From Azolla caroliniana (lineage: Eukaryota > Plantae > Polypodiophyta): a stretch of DNA of 64,000 nucleotides. The stretch's first letter is position 1, and each line of letters begins with the position of its first letter. The stretch is from assembly GCA_043228905.1 (NCBI GenBank), contig JBHGNT010000012.1, positions 10,912,001 through 10,976,000 on the forward strand. Direction: 5' to 3'. The position numbers and the translations under genes were made by a program. Under the pieces are notes generated by a model, which was not told the origin of the DNA, ran no database searches, and worked only from the letters and a program-made list of their open reading frames with translations. Shown here piece by piece: positions 21,023 through 34,513 of this stretch.

Positions 21023-24000
21023 GTGTTTAATGTGCCTATAATACACATCCATCGGCCCCTTATAGATGAAAAAACAGGACGAAGACCACTTGAGATCAGA
21101 GAGCCATGTTTAAAATCTCAAGAAAAGAATGAAAATTAATCCACATGCTACCGTTGTGCCTTTTATTGTTATGGTGGATCTCGAAGAATGTGAAGCCACT
21201 GAATACTTTGACATTAGAAAGCATGATCAATACAATTACTTTGTAATTGGTGGATCGCATTTGGCGGAGGCACATGAGAGAACATCCAACGACTTTCTTC
21301 TTCGAGTATGCCGAGTGCAAAATTTACGTGGGCCTCAACACTGAAGAGGCAAAGCTATTGGCATGGGACCACAATAACAATAATGACTATAGGCAGAAAA
21401 TGTCATCGATTGAGCGTATAAGGTTCTTCCACCACGAGTATTTGGACGTCAAACAAAAGTTCGATGTGAAGCTACATCCAGGCCTACAACGTCTTCGGAA
21501 ATATGAGTCTTGGTTTCAACTTGCCTTTAGAGATGGAGAAGTATGGGCCCTACAAGATCAAATCTTCTCAATGTGGGAGAATAAGGAGGTCAAGGGTCAA
21601 CGACAAAAGAAATGTAAGGTAGACCCTCAACTAGAATTAAAGTCACAAGAAGCCAAGAAAATTGATTTGACAATTGAAGAAGCGGCTGACGACATGAAGT
21701 TGTCTCCGTGGAGAGCGATGCAAGGTATTAAGGACGAGCAGCTTCTTGTGTCTGTTTTGTCAAGGGTTGTGGCGAAAGATTTAAGCCTTGAAGAAATGGT
21801 CACTGAGTTCAATAAGTAAGTCTTTCAAATAGTGATATTGAATTCAATATGGTGCAATTGAAAGCTCTAATCTTGTTTTCTAATTTCACAGTCATAAGGT
21901 GTACATGAAGATCCAAGAAGTTATGATGAAACAACTTGGATGTATAACTTGGGAACAAGTGACCGAGGATTATCCTCTAACGTCTTCATATAAGGCGTTA
22001 TGAAGAGCCAAAAAAGAAAAGGATCGTTGCTTAGTCAAGGCGTACGAAATTGAGGAAGATGGCTCCTTCAAAAACTTTAGCCACAAAAAGGATATTACGA
22101 GAGATGTTTACTACAACATGGTTTGCGGCGATGTCATTGACATGATCCAAAAAGTGCCAAAGAAGGAATATATGCTAATGATTGCTGATATTCCATACGG
22201 ATTTCGAATGGCAGGGTCATCATACGACGATGAACCGTTTAGGTTTAAACAGTTAGAGAAAATGGTCAAGGATTTTTTTGAGCTAACGACTGCATCCTTG
22301 TGCAAAATAGTTGTCTTTCATAGTATGGACCAAGGGTACTCGGTAGCTCAAGCTTTGAGATCTCGTTGCCATGGAATCGAGAACCTTGCATGGTAAGGAT
22401 TATTTATATGCCTCATTCACTATATTGCCTTTCTTAAGATTGTTCAATCTATTCTTAACTCGATGTAATATTTGTTATAGGATAAAAACCAATGTAAATA
22501 GAGGGCCAACCTTTCGGTTCGTAAATGCCATTGAATACATTACGGTTGGCTACTTCGATGAAATTAAGAAACAAAGAATCAAGGAGCATTCTAATGAAGT
22601 GGGACGTTCAAATCAGCTGGTATATCTATCAGTGACACGGAAATTGTGACATGTCACCACAACAGAACAGGGACTTGTCAACCTATACCAAAAACCTCAA
22701 CGACTTATGATGTGCTTGGATATTAGACCTCTTTTCAGGCACAGGTATTCCGTGAACTAGGTTAACGATCTTGAGATAACCAATATTGAATCTTTTTTGT
22801 TTGAGAACTAAATCTTCTTGTTACTTTCTTCACATGGACAACGTCTGCATGTGCATTGAAGCTCTTTAGAAACAAAGTTGCATTGGAGAAGGACGAGGAG
22901 CGAGTTATATTTATAAACATGAGGATTAAGGCTTTGTGGGAGTGCCCAGACCAGGACGAGGATGTCGTTGCAAAGAACCTCGTTGATACTGAAAGGTTTC
23001 AACCTGCTTCGTGAGAGCCTATTCCTTTGTTAGCAGGGGAATCAGGGGAGCTAATAGATCTTGATGATGAGCATATAGAAGATATTTCGTTGGCTCGGCT
23101 AACAGGGGAAGACAATGCACGTATAGCTGAAGAGACTTCTATACAGGATGAACAAGAAAATGACATTGATAATTTGCTTGCTATGTAATAGACTCTTTTA
23201 AAAATGCGAAATGTATTGTTTGGAATTCACATTATTAATACAAATTTTGGGTTTTACTTGGTGGATTCTATTCTTTATAATCTTCTATATGTTTCAATTT
23301 TATTTCTATATACTTGGTTAGTAGACTTATGACTTATTTCTATATACTTGGTTAGTAGACTTATGACATTGGTTTCACCGCGTGCATTGTTGAATACCAA
23401 TATGGAGAAACATGAATTAGTTTAAATTAAGGTTGATTTTGGTCAAACTTTACCTTAACATAACATGGTCGTAGAATTGTTGCCATGACTGTCCATGTTG
23501 TTATTATGGATCTTTGTCTTCTATTGTTAAAACTATTATGTTTCTCTTCCATTGTTGCTTAGATTGTGTAGTGTGTTGATAATGGTTCCACTAGCGTTAT
23601 TCGCATGTTTTTATACGCTTGTAGTTCCACTAGCGTTATCGTTCAGAGTTTGATCCCGTATGAGTCACCCAAGGAATAGATTAGATCAATTTTAAATACA
23701 AATATGAAAGCCTTAATAGGTTTGTTATTTCCACCACATTATCCTAAAGTTCATTGTCTTACATTGTCCACAATTATATACATATGGTTGGATCCCATAC
23801 GAACAAACTGAGGAATAGATTAGATCAACTTTAAATACAAGTATTAAATACCTTAATAAGTTAGTTATTCCAATCACATTATCCTAAAGTGCACTATCCT
23901 ACATTGTCTACAATTATATACATGCGAGTATGGGTCAAAGTATAAATTATAACTCATTTTATTAGTATGGTTACAAGTACACCTCATATTTTTGTAAAAC

Positions 24001-24586
24001 TTACCAAATTAATATAAGTCTTTAACTTAGTGTTTCCCATGTCGCACATTAGTGAGAAATTGAGCCATTGTTGAACTTTATTATGCCTACATTAACTTAT
24101 CAACACATCCAAACTTATTTGAATTTCTAATGATCTCCATTCGTAGACCTATCATGTATTTTTATATTTGCAAATTCTAATCAAGTTGTGGAACATGTGA
24201 TACTAGTGCGTCCAATTTTTGTAGAGAGGGTATATTTGGATATTTTCAAGAAGATTCTATAAGTGGATTGCGCGATCCTTCCACTTCTGAACGCGAACGT
24301 GTTTCTGCCGATTCGGCTACAGGCCTGCCAACTTGTAACATATATAGTATAATTTAAATCTAAAATGTAATTTACACTTACAGAGGAGATAACCCCATTG
24401 AATTGTATGATTAATGGAGTAGTCCTTTTATGGGGGAGTTTGTTGGCATAAAAGGCCAACTCCACCCAAATATTGTAGCTCTAGTTTGAACATGTCCTCA
24501 CGGTTAGGGCTAAGTTACCCTAACTATATATGAGAGACTGTGTATTGTAAATATAGGTTTGGTGGTAAATGTAAAAAAAAACTTCT

Positions 24587-24662
24587 ATGTGTTTATGTGT
24601 GTTTATGTGTGTTTATGTGTGTTTATGTGTGTTTGTGTGTGTTTGTGTGTGTTTGTGTGTGT
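24587..24662. repeat. (TGTGTGTTTA/TG)n simple repeat inside an LTR-like fragment (~24334-24762)
   Basis: 10-bp tandem units visible directly; the enclosing TGTAAC...CAACA segment has no TSD. Confidence 0.7.
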
Positions 24663-24765
24663 AACTATTTATTCTTCTTGTTCTCCTTTGTAATAGTACA
24701 CGAGCACCCTTCTTTCTAGTTATCTTTGTTGTCTTGCTTGTCTCAAACACAAGTCCTCAACAAGT

Positions 24766-25560
24766 TCAAGAAACAACAACATTGAACATCTTCTTCATCG
24801 TCATGTTCAATAGTTGCCGAATCAAGATGCGTTTTGAGGAGCTTGACTTCTTCTCATATATCGTTTGAAGCTTCTCCCATAGGGTGAATGCAGTCGATGT
24901 CTCTTTGCCCATGCTAAAGCAAACGTTTTCAGCCAGATGCATTTGGATGGTTGATCTTGCAATCTCGTCCAGCAATTGCCATTCTTCAATTATCATCATC
25001 GATGATCTGTTGTTGTGCTTGATTGCCTAGATCTGACATCTCATGATCAACACATCCTACATCATCTCCTTCCATAAGACAAAGTTTTTCCCATCGAACT
25101 TTCTGATCTCACAACCTATGTCAGATGTTGAGGCCATTGTTCTTCTGGAGATCTTTTTTTGGTTTGGTCATTTCCTTCAGCCTTCTACCTCTTCTTGTAC
25201 TAATGCTTCTTAGTTCCAAGATTGCTCTAATACCACTTTATAACACTTGTAGTGTCGACTACTATGTGTAGTTTGTTCATTGGCTATGCAGAAGTAAGTG
25301 TGGAGATCTTGTTGATGTGAAGCAAGTAAGTGTAGAGTACGTGTGAGGTGTTGTGATCATTGTTTAATATACACAAAGAGTATGCACAAAGATAATTACA
25401 TAGTTATTAGCAAAGAGAAGATCTGTATTATTTATTCATCATCATGTACAAAGATGAGCACCTCTTATTTATACATGAGTGGGCTTAGTTGTAACTCCAA
25501 GGATATTTTCTAATTAAAATTACAACGGTCGGAAGTAGGACTTTAGTTACATTAGTTACA
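24766..25560 (-). mobile_element. Truncated Ty1/copia fragment: LTR ~25560-25239, tRNA-iMet PBS and Tnt1-like gag start
   Basis: Minus-strand TGGTATTAGAGC at 25235-25224; gag KFDGKNF.LWK...ARSTIQMHLAENV...LWEKLQTIYEKKS. Confidence 0.8.
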
Positions 25561-26173
25561 TTGCCAGAACAAGCATTGCAAGCACCAAATTCGCCGAAAG
25601 AACCGAAGATAAGTTCCCCATTGGGTCAATATTTCGAGGATTTCTAAACCAAGTACGTCTAGTATTACAAATGCATCCCACTCAATATCCAATTAATTCG
25701 GCATGAGTAGGGTTGGTCTAAACTTTATTGACTAAAGAAACGTTAGTTTGGTTCGCGTCACTTGAGAAAAAGTGCCTCATTTTGGATAACTTTGATGAGT
25801 TTATTAAATATTCTCAATCTTGTTTTGGAGATATGGACAATGTAAGAACAACTATCAATAAGATTCGAAGGTTACGAAAGGAGATCGTCCAGCCTCAGCC
25901 TATGCAACTGATTTTCACCTTCTTGCATGTGACATCCCCGAAGATAAAGAGGCATTGATGGAACAATTTCAATCAGGTCTTCTTAATGAGGTGAAAGACT
26001 TGCTTCTCACTTTACATGAAGATCTGAAATCGTTAATAGAGGTAATTAGTTGAACCGTAGGATGTGACAACCGTCTATTCGAGCGACATTTTGAGCGCCA
26101 ACAATGGTCTACACCTCGATTAGAGCAAAATATGCATCGGTGATAGTGTTACCATCCTCTAGAACTATGCACG
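25561..26173 (+). pseudogene. Element K: old Tcn1-like gag remnant, continued after element E at 54828-55130
   Basis: KEPKIS, FRGFLNQVRLV.QMHP and RCDNRLFER resemble B gag; PTPMEID resumes at ~54860. Confidence 0.8.
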
Positions 26174-26736
26174 TGTTGTCCATGCGACAGATTGGCAATT
26201 TGGGTATGAAACGAATCTGGATGTAGGTGAAGTAAGCAATTGTAACAGGGAAGGTAGCAAAGATAATGCAGCCATGAAACATGGGACCAAAACGAGTAAA
26301 GAGTGCAGCACGCCAAGTGGGAAAGCAAACTATAAAACGGGAAGCCGAAACGTAACAGAGAGAGAGGACAAAGGAGAGAAGAGTAGGCCCTAGTTAGAAT
26401 AGATTACTCAGGAACGTAGAATATCTACTCACACTTTCTGTTGTAATTTTCGGTCTTGCGCCGTGTAATCACTATTCCATATTACGTAATAAACATCTAG
26501 TTTTGGGTCAAATCTTGTCTATGTCTTAAGACCATTTCTAAATAATAACTTCTCAGATTACAATCGGGTTTTTATGGCTAATCAATCGTTCTGGGTACGA
26601 ATCGGATTGCCGAGCAATCCCTCTCTCACCCTGACCTCCACCACGTACCACAGTCCCCTGATCTGATTACCATAGGAGTAATCGAAGGTGTTGCTTCCAA
26701 TAAGGAGACAACACAATTTGGCACGCTTGGTTTACG

Positions 26737-29700
26737 TTGTGCTTCACAACGAACAAACGTCGGTGGAGAACCCTAGCCCCCATTACGGCGCCCAACCGTC
26801 TTACCCGCGCTCGGCTCCCATCCCGCCGCGCCGAGCCAGCCCAGGATACCGCTGACTCCATTATCACTCAACACTCATCACCGGAAACCCCCGAATCGCA
26901 CCCCTCACCAGTCATCCCTGAAACACAATCACATACCAGCCCTGAACTCGCCACTCCTCCGAGTCCACCGGCAGTTTCTCAACAATCTGAGTTCAACCCC
27001 TTCCCGGCCCTACCAGACGACCCAGATCTCGATGCAATGGCATACCACTCATATACCCACTACACGGATGGTCCAGACGCGGAATCTCACATCCGCTCTT
27101 TTCTCTCCACGTGGCAAGCCAACCATTCTAAGCAGCACCTCACGGTTGACGAGGTGAATGCCTCCAAAATCGCGGGATTTACCCTTTCATTAGACGGCCC
27201 CGCTGCAAGGTGGTATTCTCGCTACGATCCGGGGGAGTTTACCACATTTCAAGATGTTTGCACCTAGTTTCTGAAGTTATTCCACTAGGAGATCCCTAAG
27301 CGCGAACTGCTCCGCCAATTCTATACCATTGCCCAGGGACCCAATGAAACGGTTTCCCAATTTACCATCCGATTTCAAAACCTTTACCGGCAACTTGCAC
27401 AGGATGTGTCAGCCAATCATTTAAAAGATACATTCCTTGCGGGACTCCGAGAGCCGTTGAGCATGATGTTGGCCCTTACGGATTTTTCACAACACATTAT
27501 CGAGCAAGTGGTCGCTCGTGTTCTCGCTTTAGATAGGGCTCATCATAACAATTCTTTCTCCATGGGCATGCTCCAAACCGCATTACCAACAACCGAGGAG
27601 ACCCAGTTTCAGCAAGCATTGCAATGCATGACTTGTGCCAAGTCCGGTCACTTGACTATCGATTGCCCTCTACGACCACACTATCCCATCTACCATTCTA
27701 GAGTACATACGGTTGAGCAATGTGACTCGTGAGTACAACATGCTCAACCGTACTAACTCGGTTCCGGTACAACAAATCGAGCCACACTACGATCATTCAC
27801 AACAGGATGAGCGACCACCACCACGGAATAGAGACGTTGAATGACCTTGGGAGGATGATCAGCTTCACCTAAACGATGGCTACCACCCTGAACCGGATCG
27901 CTATCACCGGGATCCCCACTACCAACCGGAGCCACCATACTATGACAATCGGCCACACTATTATCATGACAAACGCTATTACCTAGAGGACCCCTATTAC
28001 CGTGATAACTATGATCAAGGAGACTATTACGAACCCCAGTATCCACGGCACGATCGATGGCCCCCACATCATAATTGCGACTTCTGACCTTCGGGGAATA
28101 ATCGACAACCCTTTGCCAACCATCGCCGAGATCCTCCGTACACCGATAATCGGCGGCCTCCCCAATCTGAGCCTCGTGAAAACATTCCACGGTCCTATTC
28201 CCAGCCGGCCCGAGACGATCAACCACGACACACAACACAACCTCAATTCGAGCAGGAAGAACCCAATAACTCGGCCCCAGTAACATGCTTCAACGGTAAT
28301 CAACTAGGCCACTACGCCACTCAATGCCCAACCAACAATCGAGGTGAAGCATTGCCCATGAACATGATTACGGCCGATGTCCAGCAAGTTACCACCCGAA
28401 GTCAAGCCCAACAGTCACAATGGGAGATTCAAGATGAGGTCCGCCAAGCCGCTAAGAAATGGATTGATGCGATAAATCAAGCGAACATTGATCGGATGCA
28501 CACCAAAATGCAAGAGATCGATCCCAGTCCATCACAACCCCCTCCTCCTATTAAACAAACCGATAATGACCCGCTCTAGCAAGCTCTCACCAACTGCCAA
28601 ATCTCCATGCCCCTGCATAAACTGATGCAGCTACTTCCGCGCTTCAAGGACACAATCCAATCTCTCACCATTGGTCACGCACCCACTACCCTGCCCGTAC
28701 ATCTCACGGCGCCGGAACCCGGACCTCAACTAATGGATTCCCAGAATCCAGCGGTCAAACTTGTCCAAAAAGGCCGCGATGTCCATGGGTGCATTATTGA
28801 CGGTGGATCAGGCATTAATGTTATTACCGAGGCAACATGCCATCACCTGGGCATCACTCAATGGGAGCCATGTCCGTTTTGGTTTCAAATGGTGGATACG
28901 TGATCGGTTCGACCGATAGGGCTAAACCGCAATTTTGATTTTATCCTCGGAGGGCATACCTTCACCGTGTCCACGGTGGTATTAGACTCGACACTCCAGG
29001 TGCTATCTGTTGTTACTTGGAAGTTTGTGGTTGCGAACAACTGATATTAAGCAACATTGGCAGTGCAACATGATCTCTTTCCATAGGGGCAAAGGATCTT
29101 GCGTCTGAAGAACGATCAGCCATGCTAGGGTTGTTGATTGAATATCAAGATGTGCTCGTGTTGGTAATACAGTGACATGAAGGGGTTAGACCCCCAATAC
29201 TACCAACACTAGATCAACCTCCAAAAGGATGCACAACCGGTATAACAACGTCGCTACCGGATGAACCCGAAGTACACGGCAAAAGAAAGAGGAAATCGAC
29301 AAACTCCTACGGGTGGGGTTCATTCGGCCAGTCAAGAGGGCAGCTTGGTTAAGGAATATTGTGGTCGTACCGAAAAAGTACGGGCAAATCCGAGTGTGCG
29401 TCGACTACCGTAAAGTAAACGCAGCCACTATCACGGATGCATTCCTGCTTCCATTCACGGACGGCGTCCTAGACACAGTCGCAGGCCATGAATGTTATAG
29501 CCTTTTAGATGGATTCAGTGGCTACAATCAGATCCGAATACACCCTGAAGACCAAGAGAAGACAACTTTCGTGACCGAATGGGGTGTGTTTGTCGTAGTC
29601 GTAATGTTGTTCGGCTTGAGAACGGCACCGGCTACTTTCGAGCGCATCATTGCCAAAATTTTCGAGGAGTATATTCCAGTGTTCATGCAAGTCTTCCTCG

Positions 29701-31850
29701 ATGACTTTGTCATGTACAGACAACAAATTGAGCACCTCGGACATCTCCAGTTGTGCCTTCAACAATGCTGACACGCACAGCTCAGCTTAAACCCAGCCAA
29801 ATGTGCTTTCTACGTAACTAGTGGCGCCTTGCTTGGTCACATTGTCAGTCGCGACGGGATAGCCATGGATCCCGACAAGGTGCACGCTATACTAAATGCC
29901 CCGGCTCCAAACACGGCGAAAGCTCTTAGCCAATTCTTGGGATAGATACGGTGGCATAGTCGCATGCTACGCTACCTAGCCGACTTCGCAACACCTCTGC
30001 ATGCCGCGATACATACAATTCTATTCCGATGGACAGACCGAGATGACGAAGCTTATAGTTCCTCCAAAGTGATGCTCTCCCACGCCCCAATAGTGCAACT
30101 GCCGGATTGGTCGCATCCTTTCCACCTGTTTGTGGATGCTTCTGACATAGCCATCAGACGCACACTGATGCAGAAAACACCACCAAACTGGTCCTGTCCT
30201 GTCTATTACGCTAGCCGACAGCTCTCCAAGGCCAAAAAGAACTATTCCACCACGGAACAAGAAGCAGTTGGCATGATTTATGCATCACTAAATTTTGCCA
30301 TTACCTACTCGGCCGAAAATTCACTTTTCACGTCGATTATTTGGCGCTTCAGTACCTCGTTGACAAGCAAGGATTAATCGGTCGGCGAGCACCGTGGATG
30401 CTCCTTCTGCAAGAATTTGACGTCGATATCCAACATCAACCAAGAGTACAACATGCGGTCGCGAACTACCTCAGTCATCTCGAATCAAGGGAACTAGCCG
30501 AAACAGAGTATAATGAATTTCTTGATGCCAACTTGTTCAGCGTCGACGCCACAACCTTTGCCGCCGATCACAAGGACAACTAGATTACAGAAATGACGCA
30601 ATTCCTCGGCACCGTCCTTACACCCGAACACTTAACACTAGAAACTAAGAAACGATTGGCGGTCTGGAGCCGAAATTTTTGTCTGTTCACCAACACTCTA
30701 TATCATAAAGGCTCGGACGGCATTTGGCGACGCACAGTATGACAATTCCAGAAAGACGCGGTTTTACGCGCCACCCATCACGGTATAGCCAGCGGTCACT
30801 ATGCGGGTGACACCATAGCTCGAAAGATTTGGCAAAGAGGATTATGGTGGCCAACTACGAAAAAAGATGCTCACGAGTTTTGTAAACGTTGCAATCTCTG
30901 TTAGCGCATGGGACAGTCGAGCACGCAAGACCGGATGCCTCACCAACCGATCCTTCCTTTAGAACCCTTTTAGAAATGGGGATTGTATTTTGTAGGGCCA
31001 TTTAAACCACTCGCAACCCGAACATGCAACAAATATATAATCATGGCTACTGATTACTGCACAAAATGGGTCGAAATGAAAGCATTGTGCGATAACACGG
31101 CCATGCCAACAACCAAATTCGTGTATGAATACTTGTGGTGTCGATTTGGCTGCCCAATTGAGCTCATGAGCGACCAATGGGGGCACTTTCTCAATCGTCT
31201 TATCCGCGAGTTAACCTCCCATTACGTTGTGGTGCATAACAAGAGCACACCCTATTACCCCCAAGCCAACAGACTTGCCGAGTCTACGAATAAGACCCTG
31301 CAGACGATTCTCAAGAAAATCATGAACGAGCATCAGACGGATTGGGATGATAAATTACACAATTCACTATGGGCCTACCGCATCGCGTTCCACACAATCA
31401 TTGGATCCACACCCTTTCAGATGGCTTTTGGCTTGGAAGTCGTGATGCTAATCGAATTTCAGGTTCCGAGTCTCCGAGTGCAAGTAATAGAATGATTGTC
31501 CGAATCTGAGTCCGAACACAAACAACTAGAACAATTACTCGAACTCGGGGAAGAACAAATAGCCAGTCTATACCAATTGGAACAAGGCCAATGAAAAAGG
31601 AAAGTTTTCGTGGATCGCCATCGCCGAGAAACCGAAAAATCATTCGAGATCGGCACACTAGTCCTTGTGTTCCAAACACAACTTGGGTCAATGGCAGGGA
31701 AACTTCGGTTTCAGTGGACAAGACCATTCTAGATTGTCGACAATTTCAACGGAACTTTCCGGTTCGGCACATCGGCTAGGGAAATCTTGAAGAAGTGGGT
31801 CAACGGAATTGAAGCCATACCGCAGCTCGACACCACCAAACCCCTTCGCC
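26737..31850 (+). pseudogene. gag-pol of element E (gag, protease, RT, RNase H, integrase), heavily decayed
   Basis: IIDGGSGIN; LDGFSGYNQI and FLDD; FVDASD; TDYCTKWVE and YYPQAN; many stops. Confidence 0.92.
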
Positions 31851-33467
31851 GAACAACAGCACGGCTACGAACAACCCATGGTAGTAAGAACATAGGATTT
31901 CGGGGTCACCACGCCCCAATCATGATAAACTCCCCTACCTATAATTATGGAAAAAAAATGACACAAACACTATTTAAAGGCCATGCACACCATATGAGAA
32001 AAGCAAGTACTAACGGTCCACACGATGCGTGGTCTTAACTCCCAGTATGGCCGGGAAGATTCTGAATCTAGGGCATAAGGCCACGTGTCGAGAACCGAGG
32101 CACTTACAAAAAGAAAGACACCACAAACATAATTCTCATTTCTGCAAAAAAGTTGAAGCTCTCTCATCCTCAGTTCAATACCTCTCTCACTACCAAACTC
32201 CTTGTAACCAAGCGCTCTCTCCCTCTCTGACTCCTAACTTCCATCCCTACTCACCTTCCTGCTCTTTCGAGTATCGGCGGATGCCGGTCACCGTCTGTCA
32301 CCAGTTCCTTCGCATTGTCCGTCACCGGTTCCGTCGCACCGTCCGTCGCCGGATGCCGGTCATTGTCCATCGTCGGATTCGTAGCCGAATGCCGATCACT
32401 GTCCATCGCCAGATCCATCCGGTTGCCAGCTCCATCCGGTTTTCGATTATGTCATCGGCCGGTTTGAGTTTCTTCACCGGCCGGTTCGGGCACTTAGCCA
32501 CATATGTCCATCTAGACAAATGTGGCTTAAGTCCAACTATTTTTTATGTGCTCTTAACACAGATAAAATATGATGGATCTCAATCTGCTTATATCGCTGG
32601 AGCCTAAACTTTTCCTATCTATGTGGGATATTTCACAGTTTTATTTTTCTCTTTTTCTTTTGCAAAACTTGATACCCACATAACTTGACACTTAGATGTT
32701 CGTTTCTTATGGAGTAAAAGTGCATTCGAAAGCTCTTCATGACCTCTATCTTTTTGTACTAAGCTATTAAACTTATTTAAAATAGTATTTTCACTATTAT
32801 TGTTTTATATAATTCATACTCGATTTCGTATGTTTTATGCAATTTTCACACCATTGCCGAAAATCTTCACGACATCCATCCCCACCAAACCGCACGTCCT
32901 CCGGTACGTGCCAAGAAGAGAGAATGTGAGATTTCGGCAATGGTGATCAGCATGAATTCTCAACGTCGAGCATGTCTGTTTCTTTGTACTCGAATCATTG
33001 TTGCCACCCAATCCACCATATCATTCGTTTTTTCTTTGTTTTACCATGACTTCTTGTCATGGCCCCTTGCTCTCTTCTTGAGGATAATCGTTTAAGTCTC
33101 ATGAATGTTCCACCTTTGTCTCGATGATCTCCTTGCTCAAAGCACTTTGACTCGTTCACAGTAGTGTCTTTGATAGACGTTTTGATCACATCCTTCGGAT
33201 CCTCATGGCTTGCTTGGCCATTGCCATCCCTTGTCATATTTTGCTCAAACTCTTTGTTGCACATATCAGCTTTAACTCTTGCTTCTTCCCCATCACTATC
33301 CTTGACTTGGGTCTTACATCGGTTAATGCCCAAGTCTCTAGAACGATTGTGGAGGGACCCATACATTTCCATCGTTCACCTTTTTCGTGCTACACTTAGC
33401 CATTTCCATCTTAAAGTTGTTCGAATCAGTATTGACCTTTGCTTCCTCGCTGCCAGCTTCCGTCTCT

Positions 33468-33503
33468 AACACATTCGCGTTCACAAGTGGAAGGATTGCG
33501 CAT
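33468..33503 (+). repeat. Left TIR of copy 2
   Basis: Reverse complement of 42348-42383 with 3 mismatches. Confidence 0.95.
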
Positions 33504-34513
33504 TCCACTTGTAGAATCTTCTTAAAACGAAGCAAATACACCCTCTCTACAAAAATTGGATGCACTAGTATCACATGTTCCTCAACTTGATGAGAATTTG
33601 CAAATATAAAAATACATGATAGATCTACGAGTGGAGATCATTAGAAATCATGCAAGTTTAGACATGTTGATAAGTTAATGTAGGCATAATAAAGTTCAAC
33701 TATGGCTCAATATGTCACTACTGTGCGACAAGGGAAACACTAACTTAAAGACTTATATTAATTAGGTAAGTTTTACAAAAATATGAGGTGTACTTGTATC
33801 CATACTAATAAAATGAGATATAATTTATACTTTGACCCATATGTGCATGTATGTAATTGTGGAAAATGTAGGATAGTGCACATTAGGATAAGTGATTGGA
33901 ATAACTAACTTATTAAAGTATTCAATACTTGTATTTAAAGTTGATCTAATCTATTCCTCAGTTTGTTCATATGGGATCAAACCATATGTTTATAATTGTG
34001 GACAATGTAAGGCAGTGAACTTTAGGATAATGTCGTGGAAATAACAAACCTATTAGGCTTTCATACCTGTATTTAAAATTGATCTACTCTATTGTTTAGG
34101 TGATTCACACAAGATCAAACTCCGAACGATAACGCAACTGGAACCATTATCAACACACTACACAATCTAAGCAGCAATGGAATAGAAGCATAATAGTTTT
34201 AACAATAGAAGACAAAGATCCATAATAACAACATGGACAGTCATGGCAACAATTATAGGGCCATGTTCTGTTAAGGTTAGCTTGGACCAAAATCAGCCTC
34301 CATTTAAACTAGTTCATGTTTCTCCATAAGTTTGGTAGTCAGATATGCACGCGGTGAAACCAATGTCATAAATCTACTAATCAAGTATATAAAAATAAAA
34401 TTGAAACATATAGAAGATTATAAAGAATAGAATCCACTAGGTAAAACCCAAAATTTGTATTAATAATGTGAAATCTTAACAAATCGTCAGTGTCAGATTC
34501 TTCATAGAGTCTA

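Larger units (their letters stand above)
19235..23188 (+). pseudogene. ParB-like/N4-N6 DNA methyltransferase fusion gene, copy 1 (exons 2-6; exon 1 deleted; interrupted by element C)
   Basis: Motifs YFVIGGSH, LMIADIPYG, NLYQKPQRLM and LDLFSGTG. Acceptor at 19233-19234, donor GTAAGT at 21816, stop at 23186-23188. Several deletions relative to copy 2. Confidence 0.88.
16856..24303 (-). mobile_element. Copy 1 of the Sola1-like TIR transposon carrying the ParB-methyltransferase gene; left part cut off by element D
   Basis: Inverted homolog of 33468-~40406. It ends in the same TIR (TGCGCGATCCTTCCACTTCTGAACGCGAACGTGTT, 24269-24303). Confidence 0.9.

Noticed and set aside
24334-24762. Solo LTR
   Set aside because: It has TG...CA-like ends but no TSD and no partner in the window, so boundaries cannot be supported.
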